Source of the DNA: an uncultured virus (IMG/VR IMGVR_UViG_3300025154_000055)
Taxonomy: Duplodnaviria > Heunggongvirae > Uroviricota > Caudoviricetes
Reading direction: 5' to 3' (one strand)
DNA: 59,053 nucleotides
IMG/VR virus record: IMGVR_UViG_3300025154_000055
Under the pieces are notes generated by a model. That model searched no databases and was not told the DNA's origin. It saw nothing but the letters and a program-made list of their open reading frames with translations. A program made the translations under genes and the position numbers. Shown here piece by piece: positions 32,257-42,532 of the stretch. How positions within the stretch are numbered: the stretch's first letter is position 1; the number at the start of each line of letters is the position of its first letter.

Positions 32257-32425
32257 AGACGCCATGACCGTTCTCGAAGCATGCGACCTTAAAATGCTCT
32301 TAGAGCAACGCATTGCAGAGATGGTAGACGAGTACGAGCGCAAGACGGGATTGGTCGTTCTGGGGGTAGATTTATCGCGGGACGATAACGAGAAGACGGT
32401 CGCGGAAGCGATGGTGGTGTTATGA
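32249..32425 (+). CDS. small hypothetical protein
   Basis: GGAG RBS; resembles 30205-30396. Confidence 0.6.
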   Translation: MSEDAMTVLEACDLKMLLEQRIAEMVDEYERKTGLVVLGVDLSRDDNEKTVAEAMVVL

Positions 32426-33210
32426 CGAAATCTTTGGTGGATGTGGTTATCCCAGCAAAGAACCAGAGTCAACTCGTTTTGAGATGTATTCAGTCACTCC
32501 GCGCCCAAAAGAGGATTGGGGATATTATTCTCATTGACGATGGCAGTCAAGATAGTGATCGTGATATTTTTAAGACTATCCCCAATGTCAATTTGTATAG
32601 GAATAGCGGTTCTGAGGGGTTTATTAAAAGCACATCTCGCGGAGTGAACAAAAGCAATGCCCCTTATGTTTTGCTTTTGAATAGTGACACAGAAGCGTAT
32701 CATACCGATTGTCTGAAGGTAATGGCGGAGAATTTGGATGATGGCGCGAAGATTTGTGGGGCGCTATTGCTCTATCCTAAAAACGATCTGTATCGCCCAG
32801 AGCGCATACAACACGCCGCGATCTATTATGGGAGTGATGGTTTCCCGAATCATATCTTTGGAGGATGGCACGCGGCGACCCCTGCGGCAAACGTCAAGCG
32901 GATTGTTCCTGCTGTTACTGGGGCGTGCTTTATGATTAAGCGTGATTGGTGGGAAAAACTGAACGGGTGGGACAATAAACTTGGGCGTGGTGTTTTTGAG
33001 GATGTTGAGGCTTGTATTAGAACGATTAAGATGGGCGGAGAGATTGTCTACGAGCCAAAATCAGTTTTCACCCACTACGAACACGCCAGTCAGGAACCGG
33101 GCAGTAATTGGTTCACGCGAGAAAATATACAAAAGAACTTTCAATATCTGACCTTAAAACACGGAATACAACCGCCGTCAGATTCTTATTGGTTCAAGGG
33201 GATAGCATGA
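32422..33210 (+). CDS. GT2 glycosyltransferase
   Basis: VVIPAKN, IDDGSQD, LLNSDT, VTGAC, FEDVE. Confidence 0.92.
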   Translation: MTKSLVDVVIPAKNQSQLVLRCIQSLRAQKRIGDIILIDDGSQDSDRDIFKTIPNVNLYRNSGSEGFIKSTSRGVNKSNAPYVLLLNSDTEAYHTDCLKVMAENLDDGAKICGALLLYPKNDLYRPERIQHAAIYYGSDGFPNHIFGGWHAATPAANVKRIVPAVTGACFMIKRDWWEKLNGWDNKLGRGVFEDVEACIRTIKMGGEIVYEPKSVFTHYEHASQEPGSNWFTRENIQKNFQYLTLKHGIQPPSDSYWFKGIA

Positions 33211-34958
33211 AGATAGGTGCGTTTTCGAGTCATGCCTACGGTGTGGGGGGCGGTTTTCAGGCATTGAAGTGGATCGCGTTGGCTTGTCAAAAGTTAGGAC
33301 ATGAGATAACCATCCATGTTAGAAACTCTCCGTCAGAGGCGGTGCTTGCACAGTGGCCCTCAGGGATTCCGATGCGATCATATTCCATCGGTTGCGAGAG
33401 TGAATATGATGTTGCGATTTGCGTTGATCATTTTGCGTGGTCTCCGCCTCTTGCTAAGAGAAATGTAGCGTTTGTATTTTTCCCGCAAGATAAGTTGCCG
33501 CCTCCGCCAGATGGGGTAAAATTGTACGCGGTGAGTGATTATACCGCTCGACACATTAAGAACCGTTGGGATGTCGAAGCCGAGACGCTATATCTTCCTA
33601 TTAGTAAGGGATTCTACGCCGGAGATAAAGAGAAGATTATTCTTCACGTGTCTCGCTTTACAGAACCATCCGAATATTCTGATAAAGCACATGAGCAGAT
33701 GATTCTTGCCTTTAAGAGCATTTCTCGTAAAATTCCGGGGTGGCGGTTAGCACTAGCTGGAAGTATTGACCCCCATCAGGGATTCTATTATGATAAATTG
33801 CAGCGTCTTGCGGCGGGGTTTCCTATTGATTTTGCTCCAAATTGGGGACAAAAAGAACTGGCGGATTTGTATGCGCGTTCTGCCATTTACTACCACGCGA
33901 CAGGCGTCAGTCTCTCGACGGTTCCGGGGGCGCAAGAACATTTGGGACTGGCCCCAATTGAAGCGCAAGCATCCGGGTGCGTTCCGATTGTTTACAATAG
34001 CGGTGGAATGCCCGAAGTGGTTCTTGACCACAAAACTGGATTGTTGTTCGATAATATCATGGAATTGCCCAAGCTAACGCTAGAATTGATTAGCAATATG
34101 CAAGCATGGGCGTCCATGTCCCAAGCGGGTCAGCTGTGGGCGCAACAATGGGCGGACTTTGATGCTTTCACGAGGCGCATTGACGATATGTTGAACGACC
34201 GTCCAATTATGCGGTCGAGTGTATTCGGTATTGCGCTAAAGGCATCTCAGTCAGACGTAACGATTGTGATTCCAACGATGAATTCTCCGTTATTAAATAA
34301 ATGTCTAGTTTCGTTAAACAAGACAGTGCCCAATTCAAAAATCCTTATTATGAATAACGGCGGTTCGCTATCTTTATCGGATGAGATAGACGTATCGAAT
34401 ATTCGGGTTGTTGATTTGGTGAATAATTTGGGTTTTGCAGGGGCGCTTAGAAGAGCTAAATCGTTAGTAGATACTTCGCTCACGATGATCCTGAATGATG
34501 ACACAGAAATGCGGCATCAAGGATGGATGGAGCAATTGTTACTCGTGATGAACAACGGGGCAGTAGGAGTTGTTGGGCCTAAATTGGTGTTTGGAGATGG
34601 GCGGATTCAGTTCGCGGGTGGAATAATTGACGCCAATAGGGACGACATTGGGTCTCATCGGGCGTATGGACGACCTGACGGCATAGAGGTTTCTGCGCCA
34701 ATGGAAACAGACTTTATTACTGGCGCGGCGCTGTTATGTAGAACAGAGTTGTTTGATATGCCAGAAGAATTATCAGACACGCTAAATTACGAGGATGTTT
34801 GGCTATGTTTTTCGGCAAAAGAGAAGGGGTATAAGGTTGTCTATCAGCCCGCCAGCGTCATTACCCATTTTGAGGGTGAAACAAAAAAGAGGACGCCGGA
34901 TATTCAGGGCAAGGTGGATGCGGCAAGGAACATCTTTAGGGATAGGTGGATGAAATGA
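33207..34958 (+). CDS. GT4+GT2 fusion glycosyltransferase
   Basis: EHLGLAPIEAQASG (GT4) followed by IVIPT, LNDD, TGAALL, YEDV (GT2). Confidence 0.92.
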   Translation: MKIGAFSSHAYGVGGGFQALKWIALACQKLGHEITIHVRNSPSEAVLAQWPSGIPMRSYSIGCESEYDVAICVDHFAWSPPLAKRNVAFVFFPQDKLPPPPDGVKLYAVSDYTARHIKNRWDVEAETLYLPISKGFYAGDKEKIILHVSRFTEPSEYSDKAHEQMILAFKSISRKIPGWRLALAGSIDPHQGFYYDKLQRLAAGFPIDFAPNWGQKELADLYARSAIYYHATGVSLSTVPGAQEHLGLAPIEAQASGCVPIVYNSGGMPEVVLDHKTGLLFDNIMELPKLTLELISNMQAWASMSQAGQLWAQQWADFDAFTRRIDDMLNDRPIMRSSVFGIALKASQSDVTIVIPTMNSPLLNKCLVSLNKTVPNSKILIMNNGGSLSLSDEIDVSNIRVVDLVNNLGFAGALRRAKSLVDTSLTMILNDDTEMRHQGWMEQLLLVMNNGAVGVVGPKLVFGDGRIQFAGGIIDANRDDIGSHRAYGRPDGIEVSAPMETDFITGAALLCRTELFDMPEELSDTLNYEDVWLCFSAKEKGYKVVYQPASVITHFEGETKKRTPDIQGKVDAARNIFRDRWMK

Positions 34959-35812
34959 CAAACAGTCTTGAATTAACTGGTATTCACGTCTGGAGAAATA
35001 CAGTTCGCTTGGGATACCCTGTATTAGAGTCTTTTCTTAGCACGATTGATATGGTAGACGAGGTAGTATTGTGCGTTGACCCTACATCAGATGGAGAGAC
35101 GATTAGACTTGCGCGTGCCATTCAAGACAAGTTTGACAAAGTGAATTTAGTGTGGTTTGAATGGCCGATTGGGACAAGTGGAGACGGGCGCGTGATTGGT
35201 GTCGCCTCGTCTTTCGCTCTACAGCAGGCTAGAACCTCTCATGTGATAAACATTCAAGGTGATGAAATATATGGATCAGAGTTATCCAGTCATATTAAAG
35301 AAAACTGGCGGGGATGGGCCAGGGACGGGATAGAGTGCATTAGATTTAAGGTGCTGAACCTCGAAAGCAATATGCAAGAATATCAGGGAGGGGGAAACTG
35401 GGATTGGCAAACAGGCTCTGGATACAATCACAGTTATAAATTGTGTAAAAAATGCCTAAATACTCGCTACATACATGATGCTTGGAGTTTTGATTGGAAT
35501 GGGTTTGTACACGCAGACGCGATATTTAGCGAGAAATTCCCAATAGTTCACGCTCACAATAACTTCAGAGATAGCCTAATCGATTTAAGACAGGCGGCGG
35601 CAAATGAGATTTGGACGGATGACAAATATGGGCCTATGTACAAGAAATTTGCCGATGATTTAGAGGAATCTCAAAAACAATGGTATGATGATCCAAAGTG
35701 GACGCGAACGGATTCTCCCTTCGGGTATTTGATTCCAGATTTTGCTAAGGGCATTCTTGGTCAAACGCGATATGCCCCGAATTATGACCTCCTGGAGAGA
35801 TGGCCTTTATGA
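34955..35812 (+). CDS. GT-A (GT2-like) glycosyltransferase
   Basis: RNTVRLGYPVLES, VDEVV, IQGDE. Confidence 0.8.
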   Translation: MTNSLELTGIHVWRNTVRLGYPVLESFLSTIDMVDEVVLCVDPTSDGETIRLARAIQDKFDKVNLVWFEWPIGTSGDGRVIGVASSFALQQARTSHVINIQGDEIYGSELSSHIKENWRGWARDGIECIRFKVLNLESNMQEYQGGGNWDWQTGSGYNHSYKLCKKCLNTRYIHDAWSFDWNGFVHADAIFSEKFPIVHAHNNFRDSLIDLRQAAANEIWTDDKYGPMYKKFADDLEESQKQWYDDPKWTRTDSPFGYLIPDFAKGILGQTRYAPNYDLLERWPL

Positions 35813-36570
35813 ACATATGGTCATATACACCCGTTAGCTGTGATGACACAGATGTGCTTCCTAGTTGCCTAAACTCGCTATCTAAAATCCCTGTAGATAG
35901 AATGATTGTGGCGGACGGTGGTCTGGGGCGTGTTCTAGTGGCGCGAATGCGGAATTGGACGCCCGTAAGTGAATGGCTAAAGACTCGCCCTGAGTATAAA
36001 GATGGGCTATGGAATGGTGTCCCGCTAGAACTAATCCATAACCCACAGATACATCCCGCCCAACAGCGCAATGATGTTCTGAGATGGATTGATGGGCAGC
36101 CAATCCCCCCTGATTGGATTATTGCATTAGATTCCGACGAGATTGCGTCTGATGAAATGATAGTGCAATGCCGCCCTCTGTTATCTCAAGCGCCCGACCG
36201 AGTAACGAATTACGTACAGCCCCTGCTGAATATTGCACAAGATGAGGCGCATTGTGCGGGGGGTGTGCATAGTGGATGGTTGTCTCATGCGCGAGTTCAT
36301 AGACGTGGAGTGGTGCGGTATCGAGGGGAGTGGCATGAGCACCAAGACTATTCTGGCGTAAGGGAACGATGGCCCGCGAGAATTGTTCACACCCGAATGT
36401 TGTTTAGAAAGAGACTTCTTTATCAACGGGACGCGCCTACCATAACAGGGTCGTGGCCCGATGCGGTGATTGGGGATATTCCAGAAGGCGTTCACTGGAC
36501 GCTAGAATGGCCTACCGATGAAAAGGCAATACCGTTTTATTCAGATGCGAGGGAATACTTTGGCGAATAA
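35800..36570 (+). CDS. GT-A (GT2-like) glycosyltransferase
   Basis: IVADGG, QRN, LDSDE, WHE. Confidence 0.8.
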   Translation: MAFMNIWSYTPVSCDDTDVLPSCLNSLSKIPVDRMIVADGGLGRVLVARMRNWTPVSEWLKTRPEYKDGLWNGVPLELIHNPQIHPAQQRNDVLRWIDGQPIPPDWIIALDSDEIASDEMIVQCRPLLSQAPDRVTNYVQPLLNIAQDEAHCAGGVHSGWLSHARVHRRGVVRYRGEWHEHQDYSGVRERWPARIVHTRMLFRKRLLYQRDAPTITGSWPDAVIGDIPEGVHWTLEWPTDEKAIPFYSDAREYFGE

Positions 36571-36796
36571 TATTGATACACTCAAAGAGTTGCTGTATAA
36601 TGTAATGGGAGTACCCGTTGACGAAACAACTTCTAGCGATACGTGCGAGGCATGGGACTCTCTGCGTCATCTTAATTTGGTGCTTGCGCTAGAGGACAAA
36701 TTCGATATTTCCTTCACGGAGGATGAATCGGTTAATTTATTCTCTTATGCCGATATTAAACGGACTCTGGATAAGCATGGAGTAGACTTCTCGTGA
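36560..36796 (+). CDS. acyl carrier protein
   Basis: WDSLRHLNLVLALEDKFDI phosphopantetheine site; acidic. Confidence 0.9.
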   Translation: MANNIDTLKELLYNVMGVPVDETTSSDTCEAWDSLRHLNLVLALEDKFDISFTEDESVNLFSYADIKRTLDKHGVDFS

Positions 36797-37386
36797 TATT
36801 CAAGGGGAATCTCGTTACGCTACGTCCGCTAGAGGTTGAGGATGCGCCTATTACGCTGAAATGGCGGTTAAGTGATAGGGCGAGGATGCTCCAACGCGGA
36901 TCGCAAACCATTGGACAACAGCTGGATTGGATTTACGCCAGTAACACGAATGGTGACTTGAACTTCATCGCTGAATACGCTGGACGCCCTGTCGGAATGC
37001 AGTCGATTTGTAGCATTAGTGGGATTCACAAAACAGCGTCTACGGGAAGAATGTTAGTAGGAGAAGAGGTTGATGGACTTCCGGTGATGCTAGAAGCAGA
37101 TTTAATTTTATGCGACTACGCTTTTGGGGAGTTGGGACTGGACACTATCTATGGGGACGTGATGGTGGACAATAAATCGATGATTCAGGCGCGTCTCTAT
37201 CTGGGGTATCACCAAGACGGCGTTCTCAGAAGTCACTACCTGTACGATGGCGTCCGAAAAGACACCGTGGCGCTATCTATCCTAAAAGACGAATGGCCGA
37301 TGTGCCGGTCGAAACAAGTGGAGATTTTGTCTCTAATGAGCGGGATAGACGAGGCAGAATGGGCAACTCCGATATTCGCCTCATAG
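36793..37386 (+). CDS. GNAT N-acyltransferase (PseH/RimL-like)
   Basis: VTLRPL, YAFGELGL, DN..LGYHQDGVLR. Confidence 0.85.
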   Translation: MIFKGNLVTLRPLEVEDAPITLKWRLSDRARMLQRGSQTIGQQLDWIYASNTNGDLNFIAEYAGRPVGMQSICSISGIHKTASTGRMLVGEEVDGLPVMLEADLILCDYAFGELGLDTIYGDVMVDNKSMIQARLYLGYHQDGVLRSHYLYDGVRKDTVALSILKDEWPMCRSKQVEILSLMSGIDEAEWATPIFAS

Positions 37387-37778
37387 AATTTCCTGTGATT
37401 CATGATATTCGGGGCAACCTGACGTTCATTGAGAATGACAGGCAGATTCCCTTTGAGGTTAAGCGGGTTTACTATCTCTATCGAGTCCCTGCGGGAGAAT
37501 CCAGAGCGGGACATGCTCATAAGTCGCTTGAACAGGTGATGATTGCGATTTCGGGCAGTTTTCTGGTGACATTGGATACGGGAACTGATCGTTTTGAATA
37601 CCGACTCTCGTCTCCGCGTATCGGGCTTCATATCTTTCCCGGAACATGGCGTGAGATTAGCGAGTTTTCAGAAGGCGCGGTTTGTCTCGTCTTGGCATCT
37701 GATTATTACAATGAGTCCGACTACTACAGAAACTACGATCAGTTTATCGCGTCAGTAAAGGAGAAGAATGGATTATAA
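37359..37778 (+). CDS. fdtA: dTDP-6-deoxy-3,4-keto-hexulose isomerase (FdtA/WxcM cupin)
   Basis: DIRGNL, PFEVKRVYY, RAGHAHK, WRE, YNESDYYRNY. Confidence 0.9.
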   Translation: MGNSDIRLIEFPVIHDIRGNLTFIENDRQIPFEVKRVYYLYRVPAGESRAGHAHKSLEQVMIAISGSFLVTLDTGTDRFEYRLSSPRIGLHIFPGTWREISEFSEGAVCLVLASDYYNESDYYRNYDQFIASVKEKNGL

Positions 37779-38067
37779 TCAGGCAATGGATGTGCTTCAA
37801 AAGTCTATGGACGACATGATGAATATGGGAGACATGATTGGAGAACCCGTTAAGGTAACGGAAGATACGCAGTTCATTGGTGATGCTTCGCCACTGGATT
37901 CTATCGCGTTCGTTTCGTTTATCGTGGCGCTGGAACAACGCACCAATAAACGTATTGTCGTGAGTAAAATTCATCAATTCAATATTGATGACGCCGGACA
38001 TAAATTCGACCCCTATCACCCCGTGCTGTATGCGGACACTTTGGCGAGATACCTGATGACCCTATGA
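37768..38067 (+). CDS. second acyl carrier protein
   Basis: SPLDSIAFVSFIVALE. Confidence 0.8.
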   Translation: MDYNQAMDVLQKSMDDMMNMGDMIGEPVKVTEDTQFIGDASPLDSIAFVSFIVALEQRTNKRIVVSKIHQFNIDDAGHKFDPYHPVLYADTLARYLMTL

Positions 38068-38771
38068 GTGAAAATCCTGTTGCCGTTATCACGGGCGCGA
38101 GCAAGGGAATCGGGTTGAATATGGCCGAACACTTTCTGTCTTTGGGGTACGAAGTGTTTGGATGTAGCAGAGGAGAAACACCCCTCCAGGACGCCCATTA
38201 TTATCATCTTGTCTTAGATGTTGGAGACGAAGATGACGTGTCCCTGTGGGTGCGGTCTATTAAAAAGATGGTGGGGCGCATTGACGTTCTTGTTTGCAAT
38301 GCCGCCTACGCCCCCGCTAATGCGCTGTTCCTGTCCACGCCAGACGAGATGCTGAACGAGGTCATGGATACGAACGTCAGGGGGACGTATCTCGTATGCC
38401 GAGAAGTTGCCAAAGTTATGATGCTACAGAAGTCCGGCAGAATCATTACGGTGTCTTCAATGGCGGTAGGTCTTCACGCTGAGGGAACATCTGCATACGC
38501 CGCCAGCAAGAGCGCGATTGTTGAGATGTCCAAGATTCTTGCTAAAGAAGTGGCTAGATTTGGGATTACTTGCAATGTGATTGCTCCGTCTATTGTTCAG
38601 ACAGACTCGGTTAAAGCATTAGGAGATAAAGTGATTGAACGCGCCCTGTCTCAATTGACGATCAAGCGGGAGGTAACGATGGGTGAGATTAACAACGTCG
38701 TGGACTTCTTTGTTTCGCCTGAGAGTCGGATCATTACTGGGCAGGTTATCCATATGGGATTGGTTGTGTAA
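38064..38771 (+). CDS. FabG-like short-chain ketoreductase
   Basis: TGASKGIG, CNA, YAASK. Confidence 0.92.
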   Translation: MSENPVAVITGASKGIGLNMAEHFLSLGYEVFGCSRGETPLQDAHYYHLVLDVGDEDDVSLWVRSIKKMVGRIDVLVCNAAYAPANALFLSTPDEMLNEVMDTNVRGTYLVCREVAKVMMLQKSGRIITVSSMAVGLHAEGTSAYAASKSAIVEMSKILAKEVARFGITCNVIAPSIVQTDSVKALGDKVIERALSQLTIKREVTMGEINNVVDFFVSPESRIITGQVIHMGLVV

Positions 38772-39685
38772 TGGGCATTGGTGTGTTGGGGGTTGGAAAA
38801 TATGTGCCAGAGAGCGTCCTGTTTAATTCTCCAGAGTTCGCGGACAAAACGGGCATCCGTGAAAGGCGGATTGTCTCGCAGGGAGAGTTGTCTTCTGACC
38901 TTGCCGCGAAAGCGTGCCTACGATCTCTTGAGAGTGCGGGGGTTTCGGCAGAGCAAATCGGATTGATTATCTGCGCGACCTACACGGGGGATTATCAATC
39001 TCCGGCCACGTCGTGCAAGATTCAATCTCTCATTGGAGCGGAGAATGCCGGGGCATTCGATATTCTAGCGAATTGCACCGGGTTTCAGATTGGCCTTAGT
39101 GCTGCGTCCGACCGATTGACGCTCGATGCTAGTTTGGATTATGCTCTAGTGGTGGGTGTAACTACCCAATCCCGATACATCCAAAATATCCAAGAAGAAG
39201 GATTCTACGGAGATGGCGCTGGGGCAGTTGTTTTAGGGCGAGTTCCAGACGGATACGGTGTTTTGGCGACCGAAGTATTCTCCAACACGGACGTGTATGA
39301 GTCCGTGAGATTATTGCGACCCGATCCAGCGCCCCGCTTCTTAGAGATGAATGGGCTAGATGTTTGGAAGCAAGTGATCCAGAATCAACCAAAGTGCGTT
39401 AGCCGAGTTTTGGATAAAATTGGAGCAACGACGCGAGATGTGGACTTCTTTGTGTTTCATCAGGCGAACGTTAAGCTGGTTGAGTATCTGGTGGGTAAGA
39501 TGAAGATGTCGCTTTCCAAAACGCATATCACAGCGGATAGATATGGGAACACAGCAGAAGCAAGCTTGCCGATAACTTTGTGTGAGGCAGTAGAGAGCGG
39601 TAAAATCAACCGAAACGATCTTGTGGTAATTAGCGGAGTCGGTGCGGGGTTTATATTCGGGGCAACGGTGCTACGATGGTACTAG
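38771..39685 (+). CDS. FabH-like ketoacyl-ACP synthase III
   Basis: catalytic triad ANCTGF, FHQAN, YGNT; GDGAGA. Confidence 0.93.
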   Translation: MGIGVLGVGKYVPESVLFNSPEFADKTGIRERRIVSQGELSSDLAAKACLRSLESAGVSAEQIGLIICATYTGDYQSPATSCKIQSLIGAENAGAFDILANCTGFQIGLSAASDRLTLDASLDYALVVGVTTQSRYIQNIQEEGFYGDGAGAVVLGRVPDGYGVLATEVFSNTDVYESVRLLRPDPAPRFLEMNGLDVWKQVIQNQPKCVSRVLDKIGATTRDVDFFVFHQANVKLVEYLVGKMKMSLSKTHITADRYGNTAEASLPITLCEAVESGKINRNDLVVISGVGAGFIFGATVLRWY

Positions 39686-40047
39686 ACCAGATTAGATTAG
39701 GAGAACCAGTTTCGATTTACAAGACAGTGCATCGCCATGATGTCATGGAGTTCTGTAGCTTAACTGGAGATTATAACCCGATTCATGTAGACAGTGGCGT
39801 GGTTCACGGATTGCTCTTGGCGTCCTACGTCTCTCGCGTGATTGGAATGAAGATGCCCGGAAATGGGGCAATCATTGCCACGATGAATTTAGAGTTTCAC
39901 CAACCCGCGCACGTTGGGGATGATTTAGAAATCATCGTCACGCCCGTAGAGAAGTCGGTCGCCGCGCACTCCGTAGTGATTGATATTCTTATTAAAAAGG
40001 ATGGGGTGTCTTTGGTGACGGGGGAATCTGTGGTGAAATGCCCATGA
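39676..40047 (+). CDS. MaoC-like (hot-dog) dehydratase
   Basis: LTGDYNPIHVD..VHG. Confidence 0.9.
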   Translation: MVLDQIRLGEPVSIYKTVHRHDVMEFCSLTGDYNPIHVDSGVVHGLLLASYVSRVIGMKMPGNGAIIATMNLEFHQPAHVGDDLEIIVTPVEKSVAAHSVVIDILIKKDGVSLVTGESVVKCP

Positions 40048-40904
40048 TTGAGGAACTTGTTGCGGCAATTGAGTTTCTAAGCAGTAGACAGGGTAGAAAT
40101 ATCCGACTGTTTATGGCAAAACAAAACGCCGATTATTTACAATTTGCTGAGGATATTTCAGAGAGAGCGGTATCTCTTGCTGGCGGCATTGAGTTGGCGG
40201 CAGAAGCATACAATCAGGTCTGCGCGGACATTCTGAGAGAACAGATACGCTACAGTCGGACAGGAACCTACTTTCTCCAAACGGCACAACAGGCGAATGA
40301 CTCTATATACAGTCAACCGTCTATGAGGGAGTATGCTATTGGGTTGCTTCTCTCGTATATATTCTGGCCTAACCATTACAAAATGTGGAAGTTCTACGAA
40401 AAGCACATTCGGGATATTCCTGTAACCCGTGTTCTGGAAATTGGGGCAGGGCATGGATTATTTTCGGCACATATGGTTAATAAATCTCCCGAATCGCAAC
40501 TTGACATAATCGACATTAGCAAGTTGTCCGTCATACTGTCTTGTGATATGATGCGAGCGCATGGCGCTTTAAGTGATAATGTTAAATTTGTTGTTGGAGA
40601 CTTTTTGTCGGTAGATTTGTCTCATCAGTACGACTTCCTAATTATGGGTGAGGTTTTAGAGCATGTGGACAAAGCGCCTGAGTTTTTGAGAAGGGCGTAT
40701 GATGCTTTAAGGAGTGGCGGGAAAGCGTATCTTTCTACTTGCTCGAATTGCCCAGCACTCGATCATGTGTGGCACTTTCATTCAGTAAATGAGATTCGGA
40801 GAATGATTGACGATGCGGGGTTTATGGTGTACGCAGACTTGATACTACCCGTATCGTCGTTCCCGGACACTACAAACTATTGTGCTATCTTGGAGAAACC
40901 ATGA
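40038..40904 (+). CDS. class I SAM-dependent methyltransferase
   Basis: VLEIGAGHG, EVLEHV. Confidence 0.9.
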   Translation: MPMIEELVAAIEFLSSRQGRNIRLFMAKQNADYLQFAEDISERAVSLAGGIELAAEAYNQVCADILREQIRYSRTGTYFLQTAQQANDSIYSQPSMREYAIGLLLSYIFWPNHYKMWKFYEKHIRDIPVTRVLEIGAGHGLFSAHMVNKSPESQLDIIDISKLSVILSCDMMRAHGALSDNVKFVVGDFLSVDLSHQYDFLIMGEVLEHVDKAPEFLRRAYDALRSGGKAYLSTCSNCPALDHVWHFHSVNEIRRMIDDAGFMVYADLILPVSSFPDTTNYCAILEKP

Positions 40905-42532
40905 CTTACTCTGATTATCTCAAGGGATCAAACACGGACGGGATGCCGGAATATCGAGTCGCCGTTCTGAGAAACCTCACCATTGAACCTCTTCTGCCCG
41001 TCATTCAGGCGGAGGTAGAGAAAATGGGCATCAAGGCCGTGTTCTATGTAGGCGGATACGACACAATAGGGATTGATATTCGTGGCGATAGTCTCTACGA
41101 GTTTGCCCCGCAGTGTATCTTGATTCTCCAATGGGGGGATCGGTCAATTATTCCGTCTGTAGATGTCCTCAAAGCGATTCGAGAAAGAACTTTTGCGCCA
41201 ATCATTGTCAACAACCTGCCCATATTCCCCTACCCCGTTATGGGAATTTATGATATTCATGGAGATTTTGAGAGTCGAAACACACTTAACGGGAATGACG
41301 CGATTCGCCATAATGCTCTACAGTTTAGATCAGTTTATGTATTAGACTTCATGAGGTTGTTCGGGCGTATCGGATGGGATAGGGCAACGGATTATCGTCA
41401 CTGGGCGTCTGAGAGGATGCCGTTTACCCCACCTGCTTTATCCTTAGTTGGGATCGAGTGCGCCAAGTTTATTCGGGCGTTCACGGGGCATACTAAGAAA
41501 TGCCTTGTGCTAGACTGCGACAATACGCTTTGGAAGGGAGTTGTTGGGGAGGACGGAATTTCGGGTATTGCGCCGTATCAGGAATTTCAGCGAGCCTTAC
41601 TTGCCTTGAAGAACAAAGGAGTTCTATTATCTCTCTGTAGCAAAAACAACGAGGAAGACGTTTGGGCGGCACTCGGTCATTCTGATAGTCTTCTTAAGAA
41701 AGAGGATTTTGTCGCGTGGCGGATTAACTGGAAAGACAAGGCGTCTAACATCTCCACAATTTCGGCGGAACTCAATATCGGGATAGATAGTCTGGTTTTC
41801 GTGGACGACAGCCAATTTGAATGCGATTTTATCCAGAAAAACTACCCTGAAGTCAGCGTCATGCGCTTCGATGTGGATCAGTACACGTTCTCAAATAGAC
41901 TTCTGGATAGCGGATTGTTTGACTCCCTTTCCGTATCTGACGAGGACGAGCACAAGACGGAGATGTACCAATCCGATAGCCAGCGCAGGCAGTTACGCGA
42001 ATCATCCAGTACGTTAGAGGATTATCTTCGCGTACTGGAAATAAGCGTAGAGATAACCCATGCTACAGAGTCCACTTTGCCAAGACTCGCCCAACTCTCG
42101 CAGAAAACGAACCAGTTTAATCTTGATACCTATCGGTATACGGAAGAAGAACTGAGAGTATTATCTAATAGCGGAGTAGCGTCCGAGGTATATTCGATTC
42201 GAGTTAAAGACAAGATTTCCGACTTAGGCATTGTCGGTATGTCCGTAGCATGGAAGCATGACGACTATTACCTGATCCGTTCGTTTATGCTGAGTTGTCG
42301 GACGCTGGGCAGGGGTATTGAGGTTGCTCTACTGGCGCATTTGGTCAATCGGGCTAGGGTGTTAGGATATACTCGCGTTCATGGTAAGTACGTTGCGTCT
42401 CCCAAGAACTCCCAAGTATCCACCTTCTACGCCAGTCATGGATTCTCCGACTTAGGGAATGGAACGTGGGAATGGAAAGAACCAGAACCCATTGTGTCAC
42501 CAGACTGGATACAAGTGATTACCCGTGACTAA
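40901..42532 (+). CDS. FkbH-like HAD-IIIC glyceryl-ACP transferase/phosphatase
   Basis: LDCDNTLW, CSKNN, FVDD, KTNQFNL, MLSCR. Confidence 0.92.
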   Translation: MTYSDYLKGSNTDGMPEYRVAVLRNLTIEPLLPVIQAEVEKMGIKAVFYVGGYDTIGIDIRGDSLYEFAPQCILILQWGDRSIIPSVDVLKAIRERTFAPIIVNNLPIFPYPVMGIYDIHGDFESRNTLNGNDAIRHNALQFRSVYVLDFMRLFGRIGWDRATDYRHWASERMPFTPPALSLVGIECAKFIRAFTGHTKKCLVLDCDNTLWKGVVGEDGISGIAPYQEFQRALLALKNKGVLLSLCSKNNEEDVWAALGHSDSLLKKEDFVAWRINWKDKASNISTISAELNIGIDSLVFVDDSQFECDFIQKNYPEVSVMRFDVDQYTFSNRLLDSGLFDSLSVSDEDEHKTEMYQSDSQRRQLRESSSTLEDYLRVLEISVEITHATESTLPRLAQLSQKTNQFNLDTYRYTEEELRVLSNSGVASEVYSIRVKDKISDLGIVGMSVAWKHDDYYLIRSFMLSCRTLGRGIEVALLAHLVNRARVLGYTRVHGKYVASPKNSQVSTFYASHGFSDLGNGTWEWKEPEPIVSPDWIQVITRD

